Positions 25,769 to 36,990 of a stretch of DNA of 64,000 nucleotides are shown in pieces. Position numbers and translations under genes: made by a program. Where the stretch lies: assembly GCF_964204645.1 (NCBI RefSeq), contig NC_134028.1, positions 10,106,001 through 10,170,000 of the forward strand. Reading direction: 5' to 3'. Every line of letters begins with the position of its first letter. Within the stretch, counting starts at the first letter, position 1. Under the pieces are notes generated by a model. It saw nothing but the letters and a program-made list of their open reading frames with translations. It was not told the origin of the DNA and made no database searches. The stretch is from Tubulanus polymorphus. Taxonomy: Eukaryota > Animalia > Nemertea.

Positions 25769-26199
25769 ATGGATGATAAAGTTGATAATATTGATATTAT
25801 TCCTCATGATATAAATAAAACTAAATTGAAAATATATTTAGAAAAACAAATATTTGAATTTGAAAGTGACTTTGAAAGTGAAAAAAATATTTAAAAAGTA
25901 AAATTATATATTATTTGATTATAAGTGGTTCGGTTACAATTACTTCTGTAATAACATTTCTAGCAATATTCAGCCCATTAACACCTTTAGCTATATCAAT
26001 TGGTGTGTTAGGATTATCATCAAGTGTTTTAACCGGTATAAGTACAAAATTAAATATAAAAAGTAATAAAGAAAAAATTAAAACTAATATAAAAGAAATT
26101 AATAAATTAAAGAATACACTAGATTATATAATAAGTTTAAATGGCCATATAACAGTTGAAGAACAAGATAAATTATTAAAAGAATTAATAAATTATTAA
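25769..26199 (+). pseudogene. Two-TM coiled-coil protein, frameshifted
   Basis: Homolog of 998..1432 with a lesion at ~25870-25890. Confidence 0.8.
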
Positions 26200-26215
26200 T
26201 TTTTTAGTTATATAA

Positions 26216-27604
26216 ATGGCAGATAGTTTTCCAAAAGCTTTCCAATGTAATAAATCAATTAAATATAATATTCCAGCAATAGATTTTAATAAAGATATTA
26301 CATATAGAAATGAAGTTTTAGATTCATTAACTAATTTAGAAATTTATGTTACTGAAACTAATAATTTTAATGCAAAGATGGAAAATATATTTCATGTATA
26401 TTTAATTAATTTTAAAAAATTGAAAGGTGAAAAACAATGGTTATTAAAATCTAATATGAAGTATTGGCAGAACCAATTAAATTTTGCTGTTTATTGTGCA
26501 ACAACAGGTTGTGGAATTAGTTGGAATGATCATTTGAATAATTCTAAATATAAATTAATTCAAAGTTTATTTAGATTTCATACATACTTTCAAATAAGAA
26601 TAATATTAAATGAATTAGAGTGCGCTTTACCAGGATCTAGGTATTTTAAAGAATTAGATAATAATATTAATTTATCAAAGTTTTATAAAATTTGTAATGA
26701 ATTTAATATAGATATAAATAATTCTGATTTTAGAACAAAAATTGGAACAATAAGATCACTTCCTTGCCCTAAAAAGATTGCAGAATATTGTGCACTTCCC
26801 ATACCATCTAATAGTTTGTATAATATCTATAGTAATAAATTAGGTTATGGTAAAATAGAAACTAAGGATTTAGAAACATTAAATTTCAATAAATTACCGA
26901 CATTTTATGATAATTTAAAACAAGAAAACAATAATGGTTGGGTTTATTTCATTTTAGAAAATAATGAAGGTTTTACAAAATCAGGTATACAAAGAATAAA
27001 TCAATCTATTAGAACTTATTTGATATGTATTTTAGGTGCACAAGTTGAAACAAGATCCCCAATAATTGGAAATTTAAATACATCATTCGATACACAAAAA
27101 CAATTTAAAGTTTTATTTGAAGATTCCATACATAATGATAAAAATAGATCGATTCCAGAAAACATTATAAGATATCAAAATTATTTAGATAAATCACATA
27201 TTAGATTAAATTATTGTATAGGCCCTAATCTATTAATTATTTCTAATGATTTAGTATTAAAGATGGGAAACATAATTGGTTATAATAATCTAATTAAAAC
27301 TGCAACAATAACTAATTCATTTGGATTAAATGATATAAATAAAAAGATTATAACTGCTCCAAAATTAATGGAAGGTGAAAAAAATAAAAAACACATTCAA
27401 TCAACAGAAACTAAAACTAAGAATATTAAATTAAATAATGATTCTAAAATAAAAGATTATAATACATCAGAAAATATAAAAACTGATATTATTCAACATG
27501 ATATAATTAAAACTGATAATGATAATAAATCCCATGAAAATGCTAAATTAGCTTTAACTTGTATAGGAATTGTAATCGGAGGAATATTATATTTTAAATT
27601 TTAA
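26216..27604 (+). CDS. Polinton conserved protein of unknown function (462 aa)
   Basis: Intact; homolog of 1449..2837. Confidence 0.85.
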   Translation: MADSFPKAFQCNKSIKYNIPAIDFNKDITYRNEVLDSLTNLEIYVTETNNFNAKMENIFHVYLINFKKLKGEKQWLLKSNMKYWQNQLNFAVYCATTGCGISWNDHLNNSKYKLIQSLFRFHTYFQIRIILNELECALPGSRYFKELDNNINLSKFYKICNEFNIDINNSDFRTKIGTIRSLPCPKKIAEYCALPIPSNSLYNIYSNKLGYGKIETKDLETLNFNKLPTFYDNLKQENNNGWVYFILENNEGFTKSGIQRINQSIRTYLICILGAQVETRSPIIGNLNTSFDTQKQFKVLFEDSIHNDKNRSIPENIIRYQNYLDKSHIRLNYCIGPNLLIISNDLVLKMGNIIGYNNLIKTATITNSFGLNDINKKIITAPKLMEGEKNKKHIQSTETKTKNIKLNNDSKIKDYNTSENIKTDIIQHDIIKTDNDNKSHENAKLALTCIGIVIGGILYFKF

Positions 27605-27620
27605 TTTTTTTATTATGTAA

Positions 27621-29056
27621 ATGGCAGAATGTGTAGAAGATAATCCATTGGATGGCATGGGAAATAATGATGAAGGATATATTGATGATGATTATAATGA
27701 TGCAGGTGCTAATCTTAATGAAACTAATATTGATAATGATGATGAATCAGCATATAATTCTAATTTAGCAGATAGTGGTTCTAAGGTCCCATCAACAGAA
27801 GAAAATGATAGAAGAATTAGATCGAGAATACCTACTGAAAATTTAGACCCAGGTTTAGAAAATTATGAATTTATGTATGAATTTCAACATGTATTTAAAG
27901 AATCTGGATATAATATAAATGATAGAGGCGCTAGACCTTTAGTACAAGACTTAATGTTTTTGGATTGTGAATATTATTATCGTTTGAAAGATGATTATTA
28001 TATTGATATCTCTTATAAAAAACAAAAAAATTTTTTAGCAGAATCAACTTTGCTTAAGTCTGACTCATTACTATCTAGAATTAAAATAATAAGAAATATT
28101 AATGAAATAGAAGATGTAACACAAGAAGAAATAAATCAAAATGAAAGAGTATTTAAACAAAGAATCAATAAATTATTTGAAACAATCGATAATAATTTAG
28201 AACCAGAAACAAGTTCTGAACAGAATAAAACTTCCAAAACTAGTAAACTTAAATCAAATAAAGTTCCAATTGAAAAACTTTTACCGAATGGATTACTTGA
28301 TGCAACAGATCAAGAATTAGAAGATTTAGATATATTTTCTGATAAAGCAATTAGAGAAATTATTAGTATAAGACTTGCATCTGATAAAATTGCGCATGAT
28401 AAAAGTATAATAGATTTTAAAATTAGAACTTTAGAAAAAGAATTAACTGATAAAAATAAAGAAATAGAACAATTAAAGTCTGATTTAGATCATCAAGTAA
28501 TTGATGAAATAGAATATAGGCAAAAAGAATTACGTTTAGAAAAAGAAAAAGATGATTTAGAATATAACATAGAATTACAAAAAGAAGAAATTAAATTATT
28601 ATTAAAATCATATGATTATAATATTAATAGATTAAAAGTCATTTTAAAGATTTGTTGATAAAACCAAATTCTGACATATCATTGAAAGATAGAATAAGAT
28701 TATTATATAAGATTATTATTTAAGTTAGAAGGAATATCAATTCTTTCAATTCTAACAGCTGTAACTATGTTATTTACAACAATAGGTTAACAATATCAAA
28801 TGCTTTAAAATCTACTCCTACTCCCAATAAACCGGATAAACCCCCGAATGACAATAATTCTATACACGATAAAGTTAAGGATGGTTTAAAGAAATTAGCA
28901 AAATATTTATGGGAACTATCAATTGTTGGTTTTATATTGAAATCTGCAGGAAACATTATTAACTTTGCTGCTTAACATATTATTTTATTTTTAATTACAG
29001 TTGTAAGTGCTATTATTTTTGGGTTAGTAAATATGATATCAAAAAATATCAAGTAA
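27621..29056 (+). pseudogene. Large coiled-coil/membrane protein, frameshifted, with deletions in its 3' part
   Basis: 345-aa ORF, then broken frames matching 4100..4554. Confidence 0.8.
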
Positions 29057-29096
29057 ACATGATCAAAAATAAATAATTAATTTTTTTGTTAAATAA

Positions 29097-30343
29097 ATGA
29101 GTGGGAGTTATATCAATCCTTCTAAGAATCATAGAATATCTAATGCTATTAAAGCAGAAAGATCTCATCATATAATTACTAATAACCCTTCTAATATTAA
29201 TCCTGATGAAACTTTATATGTTAGAATCCATCGACTAACACAAAATACTTTTTACGTTCCAAATAGTATTTATTTATCAGCTGATATAAAAGTAATCGGT
29301 AATAATAATAATTATGTTGTTGATAATGTTGGAAGATATTTGATTAAAAAGTTAACAATAAAGATTGGTCCAGAAACAGTTTTCTCATTAGATGATTATA
29401 ATCTATTCATGCATTATAAAGATTTATGGTTAACTAAAGAAAATAGAAATAATATGATATTTCAGGGCATTCAATCGGAAAACCATAATAAATTATGATC
29501 AGGAGCTAATGACGCAATAGTAACTCGTACCGCAGATAACTTGATAAAAAAGATTTATGGAAGCAAATATAAAATTCCATTAGACTTTGAATTGATAAAT
29601 AATAATGCACCTTTATATAAATACGCAATTCAAGAAGATATTATATTCGAGATAACATTTGCTCCTGTAAATGAAATTGTATTATCTAGCGTTGTTAAAG
29701 ATATGAGTTATAAATTATCGAATATATGTTTGGAATATGACACAGTAACTGATGAAAATATTTCAAGTATAATTCAAACTCAATACAATCAAGGATTTTC
29801 ATTATTATATGATTATATTGATAAAATTAAAACCGTAACTATTAATGCAAATGATGAAATTATTAATGAGAATATTAACTTCCCAAGAAGATCTATTAAA
29901 GGTATATTAATATTTTTTACCATTGCAACATATGCTAATGGTGCAATACAGGTAGATAATTATTTTAACCCTGAAATAACAAAAGTAAAAATAACTATCG
30001 AAGGAATAGCAAATAAATATTTTGTCAAGGAATGAGAATGATAGTTCAATGGCCAGAAATTAGAAAACATTTTATGAATGAAAAAGTGAAATCATCTGAA
30101 AATTGTAATATTAATCAAATTGATTATTATACCGGTAATAAATATGCATTATGGTTAGATTTTAGAACAACAGAGGATAATTCATTACATGGTTCTGGAA
30201 AAAAACTACAAAACACTATAGATGGAATACAATTATTCATGACAAAGAATAAAGGAATCAAAAATTTTAAAATGCACATTTATATTATATCTGACGCGCA
30301 ATTAAATATTGTAAATTCACAATTAGATAGTGTTATGTATTAA
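29097..30343 (+). pseudogene. Major capsid protein (double jelly-roll type)
   Basis: ~415 codons, beta-rich; TGA at 29496 (AGA in copy C) and 1-bp frameshift ~30020. The capsid assignment rests on size, context and resemblance to Polinton MCPs. Confidence 0.75.
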
Positions 30344-30375
30344 AATTTTAACTTTAATAAAAATATATATAATAA

Positions 30376-31185
30376 ATGGAAGGAGGTAAAGTATATAAAC
30401 ATATTCCATACATCGATACACATGAAAATAATGAGTTTATATTATGTAATACCTTGAGTTTATATTATGTAATACCTTGTAATATAGCTTTGATATTTGA
30501 TCCTATTTTCAAAATTTATAAAACTAAACTAATAGAAATCGATAATAATAAAAGTGGTGTTGTTGATAATTTAAGTAATGTAATTGATAATAATGTAATA
30601 CCTACTACAGTAATACCTACTACATCTAATAATGTAATACCTACTACATCTAATAATGAAATAATATTAAATGTTAGTGAAAATAGAAATTATTGTGATT
30701 ATTGTAAAGGTGAATTTTCAAACGCTCCATCAAATTGGAATAAACATATGAATACAAAGGTACATATTACTAATGTTATAGAACGTGTTGGTTTAAGAGA
30801 ATTTATAGAACACCCATTTACATATGTTACAAAATTTGTTTCAAATAAAAAAGTAAATGGTAAAAAATTATACGAAGATTTTTTATTAGCAACACCTAAT
30901 AAAGATGAATTAGATTTAACTGATGCTAATGAAATATTAGGATCAAACACTGTAAATGAAATATTAGGAGCTAACACTAATAAAGATTCTATGAAACATA
31001 AAGTAGAAAATAATGATAAATTTGATTGGATGAATAAGCATAACAATGAAACAACTATTGATGATGCGGTAAAAAGGGTGAAGAATAAGTATAAAAATAA
31101 AACTATTGATGTAGATTCGGTAGAGCATTTGCATAAATTGTTAGGGCCTGATAGTGAATTGGAGAGTGATAGTGGAAGTGATTAA
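30376..31185 (+). CDS. Zinc-finger-containing protein (269 aa)
   Basis: YCDYC-x12-HMNTKVH finger; short VIPTT repeats; TAAATG start. Confidence 0.7.
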   Translation: MEGGKVYKHIPYIDTHENNEFILCNTLSLYYVIPCNIALIFDPIFKIYKTKLIEIDNNKSGVVDNLSNVIDNNVIPTTVIPTTSNNVIPTTSNNEIILNVSENRNYCDYCKGEFSNAPSNWNKHMNTKVHITNVIERVGLREFIEHPFTYVTKFVSNKKVNGKKLYEDFLLATPNKDELDLTDANEILGSNTVNEILGANTNKDSMKHKVENNDKFDWMNKHNNETTIDDAVKRVKNKYKNKTIDVDSVEHLHKLLGPDSELESDSGSD

Positions 31186-31611
31186 GATATTAATTATATT
31201 TAACTCAAATAATAATATTAGTTGAAAATTGTATAAAATAATAGCAAATAAAAAAGGGGGTTTTAAGTATTTAAGGTATCTAATACATATCTAATACATA
31301 TTATTTGAAAATACCTTAAATTATATTTCTTTTTTAAATTTATGTTGAAACCTCAGTAATAATAAGTAACCTTTATTATTTTCAAACTTATTCATATATT
31401 AGATATAAATTGATATATAAAAATAAATTGGTTGAAAATTGCATAAATAATATTTATTTTAAAAAAGGGGGTTTTAAGTATTTAAGGTATCTAATAGGGT
31501 ATCTAATACATAGATATATAAATAGTTATTTTATAAATTTATATTCATATGGAAATTGTAGTCTCAGTAATAATTTTGAACCTTTATTATTCTTTAATTT
31601 ATTCATATATT
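31186..31611. repeat. Diverged ~210-bp tandem duplication that includes the ATPase 3' end
   Basis: gttgaaaattg...aaaaaagggggttttaagtatttaaggtatctaata...ctcagtaataat...cctttattatt...ttcatatatt occurs twice. Confidence 0.75.
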
Positions 31612-32139
31612 CATCATGTAATTCAGTAGGTATAATTTGATTCTCTTCCAATGATTGTTGCAGAGATTTTCTATCTTTGTTATGAAATAAAACTAGAAAT
31701 CTTATATTATCCCTAAAGTCTTTAACAATTGAATTATATTTTTGATTTAAAACCCATGTTGTTATCCCAAAATGTCTCCCAGAGAAAGCTAAATAACATA
31801 ACTCACTTTCTCTAACTTTTGAATCATGTAAATTTGCGCAATCATCTATAATGAATAATGTATTTGATCCTTTATAAGTATCAATTGCTATTTTTATACA
31901 ATTATCTAAATTTTCTTTTACTGTTTTAGGATCTAATATAATAAAATTTTTTTCATCTTAACTATATATCTATTATATGTTTTATTCATTTCATAAGTAG
32001 GACAGAATAATATTATATTATCAAAATGATTCTTATAAATAGTTTCTAACAAATCTAATATGAAATGTGTTTTACCACAATTGGTTACACCAGTAACTAA
32101 CATATTATGCGGTTCAAATATAAATAAATCTTTATTCAT
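31526..32139 (-). pseudogene. A32/FtsK-like DNA packaging ATPase, frameshifted
   Basis: Walker A GVTNCGKT, Walker B FIIDD, SGRH and NQ motifs; frameshift ~31960; intact homolog at 56240..56848. Confidence 0.9.
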
Positions 32140-33217
32140 TTATTCTTTTAATTTTACTAGATAAAATCCATTCATTAAATTTATCATCATATCCTTTATA
32201 TTTCACCAAAGAATACTTTTTTCCTTTAAGAGTTTTTGTTTTCAATACTTCTTCCATTTTGTATTCTATTTTATCTGGATTTGGTACAAGTGATAATTCT
32301 TGTTCATAGAAATAACCTAATATTTCTTCATCTTTTAGATCTTCTAATTTATAAACAAAAGGTTTAGTTAATATTTTCTTTTTAATCTTAAATGTTTCTT
32401 CAGTAAAATTAGGGGTATAACCTTTGTAAAAGGTTTTTCTATATTTAGATATTCTAACGTGTTGTCCTATTTTAAATTTAGGTTCACCGAAATCGTGTGT
32501 AACAAACGCTCCATATAAATTATTCCAAACTATTTCTGAATTATCTTCTTTTCTAGCTTGTATAGGTTTCATATTTATAGAACTATGTTTAGAATTATTA
32601 TAACCTTTCACTAAATCATCTAACACATCGATATATTTATATGTTTCATTAGCAGTAAAATATTTCCACATTCTAGTTTTCAATGTTTTATTAAATCTTT
32701 CTATAATAGATGCTTTTTTATCTGAGTGTGTTGAAAAATAATCTACATCGTTATCAGATAATAGTTTTTTGAAATGTTTGTTATAAAATTCTTTACCTTC
32801 ATCAAATTGTATCTTATCTGGAATAGCTTCTTTAAATATTGATTTAAAAGCATTTGTCACTTCTATACCAGTTTTATTTTTGATTGGAATTGACCATGCG
32901 TATCTACTGAATATGTCTATAACATTCAGTATCCAGAAATATCCTTTGTTGTATTCTTCTAAGTTCTTCATGTCAATTAAATCTGCTTGCCATTGTTGAT
33001 CGATATATGAAACCATAACTTTTCTTGTTAAATAAGTTTTATACATTTTCTTGTGGATTTGATATGTTGGTTGATTTTGTAACCATGATTTTAATTCACT
33101 ATATTTTATACCACCATTATCAGATTTAATTTTATTCCATAATTCTGAAACGTTAGAATATGATACTTCACTCTCTGGGTTATAGTATAAATCTCTTAAA
33201 TATTGTTCTTTTTTCAT
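32132..33217 (-). CDS. Retroviral-like (rve, DDE) integrase with C-terminal chromodomain, intact
   Basis: WQADL, QFDEGKEF, ERFNKTLK catalytic motifs; chromo-like tail VKYKGYDDKFNEWI; typical Polinton c-integrase. Confidence 0.95.
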   Translation of the reverse strand: MKKEQYLRDLYYNPESEVSYSNVSELWNKIKSDNGGIKYSELKSWLQNQPTYQIHKKMYKTYLTRKVMVSYIDQQWQADLIDMKNLEEYNKGYFWILNVIDIFSRYAWSIPIKNKTGIEVTNAFKSIFKEAIPDKIQFDEGKEFYNKHFKKLLSDNDVDYFSTHSDKKASIIERFNKTLKTRMWKYFTANETYKYIDVLDDLVKGYNNSKHSSINMKPIQARKEDNSEIVWNNLYGAFVTHDFGEPKFKIGQHVRISKYRKTFYKGYTPNFTEETFKIKKKILTKPFVYKLEDLKDEEILGYFYEQELSLVPNPDKIEYKMEEVLKTKTLKGKKYSLVKYKGYDDKFNEWILSSKIKRINE

Positions 33218-33223
33218 CTTATT

Positions 33224-33592
33224 TTAATCCATTAATAATAATTTAGATTTAGTTTCAATGGCTTTATGATTTGACTTATTTTCTGGTATGATAGGTTTAT
33301 TGTCATTGGAATCATCTTTATCATCAGATTTGAATTTTGATTTATATATTACACCGGATAATATAATAACTGTTACTAATCCAATTGTCATATATAATTT
33401 ATAATTACTTCCAGCATTAGAAGAATCAGATGGATTATTATTTGAATTAATATCAGATAAAGTCTGTGATTCCTTTATATCAGTTAATTTCTTTTTCTTA
33501 GCTTTTTTTAATTCTGCAGATCTTTTACCTAATTCTCTTGCCCATTTAATTTGTTTTTCAGATCTAACCTTTTTCTTAACTCCATCACTCAT
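33224..33592 (-). CDS. Basic single-TM protein (122 aa)
   Basis: R..KQIKW.R.LG motif and TM segment; diverged homolog at 55051..55419. Confidence 0.75.
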   Translation of the reverse strand: MSDGVKKKVRSEKQIKWARELGKRSAELKKAKKKKLTDIKESQTLSDINSNNNPSDSSNAGSNYKLYMTIGLVTVIILSGVIYKSKFKSDDKDDSNDNKPIIPENKSNHKAIETKSKLLLMD

Positions 33593-34193
33593 TTATTTTA
33601 GTTAATTTTTGTTCTGATTCGTTTTCTGTTTCACCGTTTGGGTGTCGTACGGCGCCATCTTTTTCGTTCTTACCTGATTTATATACCATAGGTTTGATGT
33701 TCGAAAATGTTATGACGCCAGTAGAAATTAATGTCATAACCGATCCTAATTGAAATGAAGCATATCCAACCCATTTTTGTAATTCAGTCATAACTAAATA
33801 GTCATTTTTCAAATCACTATATAATTTATTTTCATCATCAATTGGTATTAACTGGTTACATAACTTAGAATAACATTTGACAATACCATCTGAAATAGAA
33901 TCATTTATTCGGGCTAATCTTGCTTCTTCATAAATCTTAAAATATTTTATTACTTTATCTGGTTTCATAGCATCTAGTTCTTGAAAAGTAATTATCTTAG
34001 TTAAAAACTCTTTAGATTTCCCGCCAGCAATTAGTAATTCAAGATGGTGTTTACAATATAAATAGTATTCATAATATATATTACAATTAATTTGAGCACA
34101 ATTAGTTACAACTGTATCTTTATTATCACTTATACCCAAATCATCTAATGTCTTTTCAATATCAATACTATTCTTACTCGATTTCTTTGACAT
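33585..34193 (-). CDS. Polinton hypothetical protein (202 aa, hydrophobic C-terminal segment)
   Basis: Intact; diverged homolog at ~55420..55956. Confidence 0.75.
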   Translation of the reverse strand: MSKKSSKNSIDIEKTLDDLGISDNKDTVVTNCAQINCNIYYEYYLYCKHHLELLIAGGKSKEFLTKIITFQELDAMKPDKVIKYFKIYEEARLARINDSISDGIVKCYSKLCNQLIPIDDENKLYSDLKNDYLVMTELQKWVGYASFQLGSVMTLISTGVITFSNIKPMVYKSGKNEKDGAVRHPNGETENESEQKLTKINE

Positions 34194-34502
34194 TTATATT
34201 AGAGAAAAAAGCGAAAAAAAATATAAGTATTATAAAATGATACCAGTATCTCTTTAGATTAATACTAGCTTAGTTAAAGGTAAAGAATTTTAGTATTAGT
34301 TATTGTTTTTTTAGTATTTTTTATTTGTGATATAAAGTATTCTCTTTTGAAAAGAATTGTAAAAGAAAATATCAAAAATTAAAATAGAAATAATGGCTAG
34401 TTGAAGTGATTGTTTTTTTAATATATTTTATTTGAATTCTATTTGATATCTCACTACTTTTGTTTATCTATTAGGAGCAGTTATTATAACTGTCCAGATA
34501 AG

Positions 34503-35178
34503 TCATTTCGGATCCTTGATATCAAATTCCTCAACGTATTGTTCATTATTTGGATCATTGTTCCATTGATCAATAAATTTCTTTGCCTTTGTTAACTGTT
34601 CTAAATATAACTAAATCTAGTTTATTAGATTTAATTATGTTTTCCTTCTTTTCTAAAGGTCTTAAATTTTTCCAACCCCAAATAAGTTTTTTATTGTATT
34701 CATCATTCATGTTAAATTTAGATATCGGTAACAAGTGATCAATATGGTAATAATCCCCATAATTATCTATATTCATTTTATCATCGAATTGAAATATAAT
34801 CCATGATTTGAGAAATTCATCTGAACAACCCAAAAAATTAGATAGTGTTTCTGAATGCGTTTCTTTGTTGAATAATTGTGTTAATCTAGATCTTAAGCAT
34901 TGTTTCAATCTAAAATTAAGATCTGTTTTATATCTTTCTCTCATATATTCTGTCATATAATCATTATAAGCTTCTCTATTATCTTCTCGGTATTGTTTGG
35001 TATATAGTTAAGTACAAGTTTTACAGCAATATTGAAAACCATCTTTGCTAATCTTACGCTTGCTAAATTCTGTTAAAGCTAATTTATCTAATTCACACTT
35101 AGAACACTTCTTGTAATATATATTTATAACACCAGTGTTATTTGTAATATTTATAGTTTGTGGTTGTTCTGATTCCAT
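34503..35178 (-). pseudogene. HNH endonuclease with N-terminal CxxC..CxxC, resembling those of large DNA viruses
   Basis: ATG 35178 (TAAATG); KKCSKC...CKTC, in-frame stop ~35008, LGCS, HIDHLLP...NLRPL...N..KSNK; probable frameshift ~34600. Confidence 0.75.
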
Positions 35179-35316
35179 TTATTATATGTATTTTTTACTA
35201 AATTGGTTAATATTTTAGAATCCTCTTCCATTTCTTCGACCAACGTCATCCTTTTTCATTCCTCGCTGCTTTTGATAAGTCGTTTCAGTTCCTTGATATT
35301 TAAATCATACCACTGG

Positions 35317-35670
35317 GCAAAAGCGCGCATTCAGGCGTGCTTTTGCTTAATGCGCATGCGCTAATCATAATTATATATTCATTATGTAAATTCTGTAAAA
35401 TAGAAACAACCGACATAAAATATCAAATCGTGTTCGCATTAGGCAAAACCGCGCATTCAGATTCAGGCGCGCTTTTGCTTAATGCGCATGCGCTAATCAT
35501 AATTATATATTCATTCTATAAATTCTGTAAAATAGAAACAACTGAACACAGAAAATATCAAAACGTGTTCGCATTAGGCAAAAGCGCGCATACAGGCGCG
35601 CTTTTGCTTAATGCGCATGCGCTAATCATAATTATATATTCATTCTGAATAGAAACGACCGAACATAAAA
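35317..35670. repeat. Three ~126-135-bp tandem units, each with a GC-rich hairpin and a GCGCATGCGC palindrome
   Basis: gcaaaagcgcgc-loop-gcgcgcttttgc type stems begin at 35317, 35443 and 35578. Confidence 0.92.
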
Positions 35671-36425
35671 ATTTACACCAAACAGATTTACACAATACAT
35701 TATACAAGTTGTTCAGTCGTTTCTTCCAATACAACATTTGATTTCTATAAATACAATTTATAATTACAAACATTTTTTCAATTGCTGGTAAATATTTAAC
35801 TACAACAACAAATGTTAAACTTAATCATTGGAGTCTTAATGTTTTTGAAATTCTTATATAGTTTCTTCGTCGATCTTTTGGTGATTCTTGTGCTTCTACG
35901 TCAGGTTCTATTGGTTTGATATCCATTGCTGTTGATTCCTCAGTCAGAAAGAGTATCTTGAGTTTCTCTATCGCTTCTTGATGCGTATGACGTTTTATTA
36001 ATCTAAAATATATTAGCGGCAACTCTAGCCATCTAAAAGATATACTAAATACACTTAAATATATCTAAAGGTTTCATATTTAATAGCCCCAATAACTACA
36101 AAAAACAGTACTTACATTTAGATTTAGAATTGTAAACTATAAACTCCTAATTTCGTTTCGAGAGATAGAATATCCTAAGCGTTATGTTACAGCGTCTATT
36201 CATTTCCGGTGCTATTTCGAAATTAACACGTCGTCTATTATGACACGTCATCTGGTTCCGGCACACCTTCATCTAGAATGTTCTACGCGTTTGCAATATT
36301 ATGTCTCATATGTCTCGGCGTCATAGTAACAGCTGTAACAGCTGTGAATTTATAGATTTATTCAATAGTTCATTACATTAAATGTATATAGGCTCAAATA
36401 GAATCATGTTCTAGTATAAACAGCT

Positions 36426-36984
36426 ATGTATTATTTCAATCACACTTTACTAACACTTTTAATGTTTAAAAATCTAACTCATACAAATATGAATATTGAA
36501 ATAATGTTGTAAATGTATCTATCTATATATTCTATAAGAGCTCACACTTTTATATTGAATAATCTGTCAATTTAAATGTTATTCATGTATATGATTATTT
36601 TAAGAGTAATAGGGGTAATAGGCTTTCAGGTTAAAGGTTGAATGGTCGAGCTCATTAAAAACAAATATTAAAAGTAATTTAAAACTATAATATATTTTCA
36701 TAACCGTGTGCATTTCAGTTGAATAATAGAATAATTATTATTATTAAAATATATTTGATTATGAATTTGTGTATTGTAATAATCCAAGCGGAGCGACCAA
36801 TTGATTTAATACAATATGCTTTTAAAATTAAAATTATTAATATCTTAGAATAAATATTTAGTTATAATATGAAATGCACACGGTTATGAAAATATATTAT
36901 AGTTATAAATTACTTTTAATATTTTGTTTTTTAATGAGCTCGACCGTTCGACCTTTGATTTGAAAGCCTATTACCCCTATTACT
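36426..36984. repeat. Right TIR of Polinton copy B (559 bp; fold-back 36605..36984)
   Basis: Reverse complement of 20523..21110, with ~29 bp missing at the hairpin tip (~36783). Confidence 0.95.
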
Positions 36985-36990
36985 CACCTA

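Larger units (their letters stand above)
20523..36984 (+). mobile_element. Polinton/Maverick-like endogenous virus, copy B: both termini present, 16,462 bp
   Basis: Termini 5'-AGTAATAGGGG...CCCCTATTACT-3', 6-bp TSD CACCTA (20517-20522 and 36985-36990); encodes pPolB, capsid, packaging ATPase and rve integrase. Removing it restores the BEL1 frame PWRSCPPSMPNN. Confidence 0.97.

Noticed and set aside
21498-29498. Alternative genetic code or programmed read-through explaining the in-frame stops
   Set aside because: Stops are of all three types, differ between copies (e.g. TGA versus AGA in MCP) and co-occur with frameshifts, consistent with ordinary decay.
35317-35670. CRISPR array, or the 103-aa ORF 35337..35648
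   Set aside because: Spacers are themselves repeated and too long; the ORF is a by-product of the tandem repeat and lacks an ATG start.
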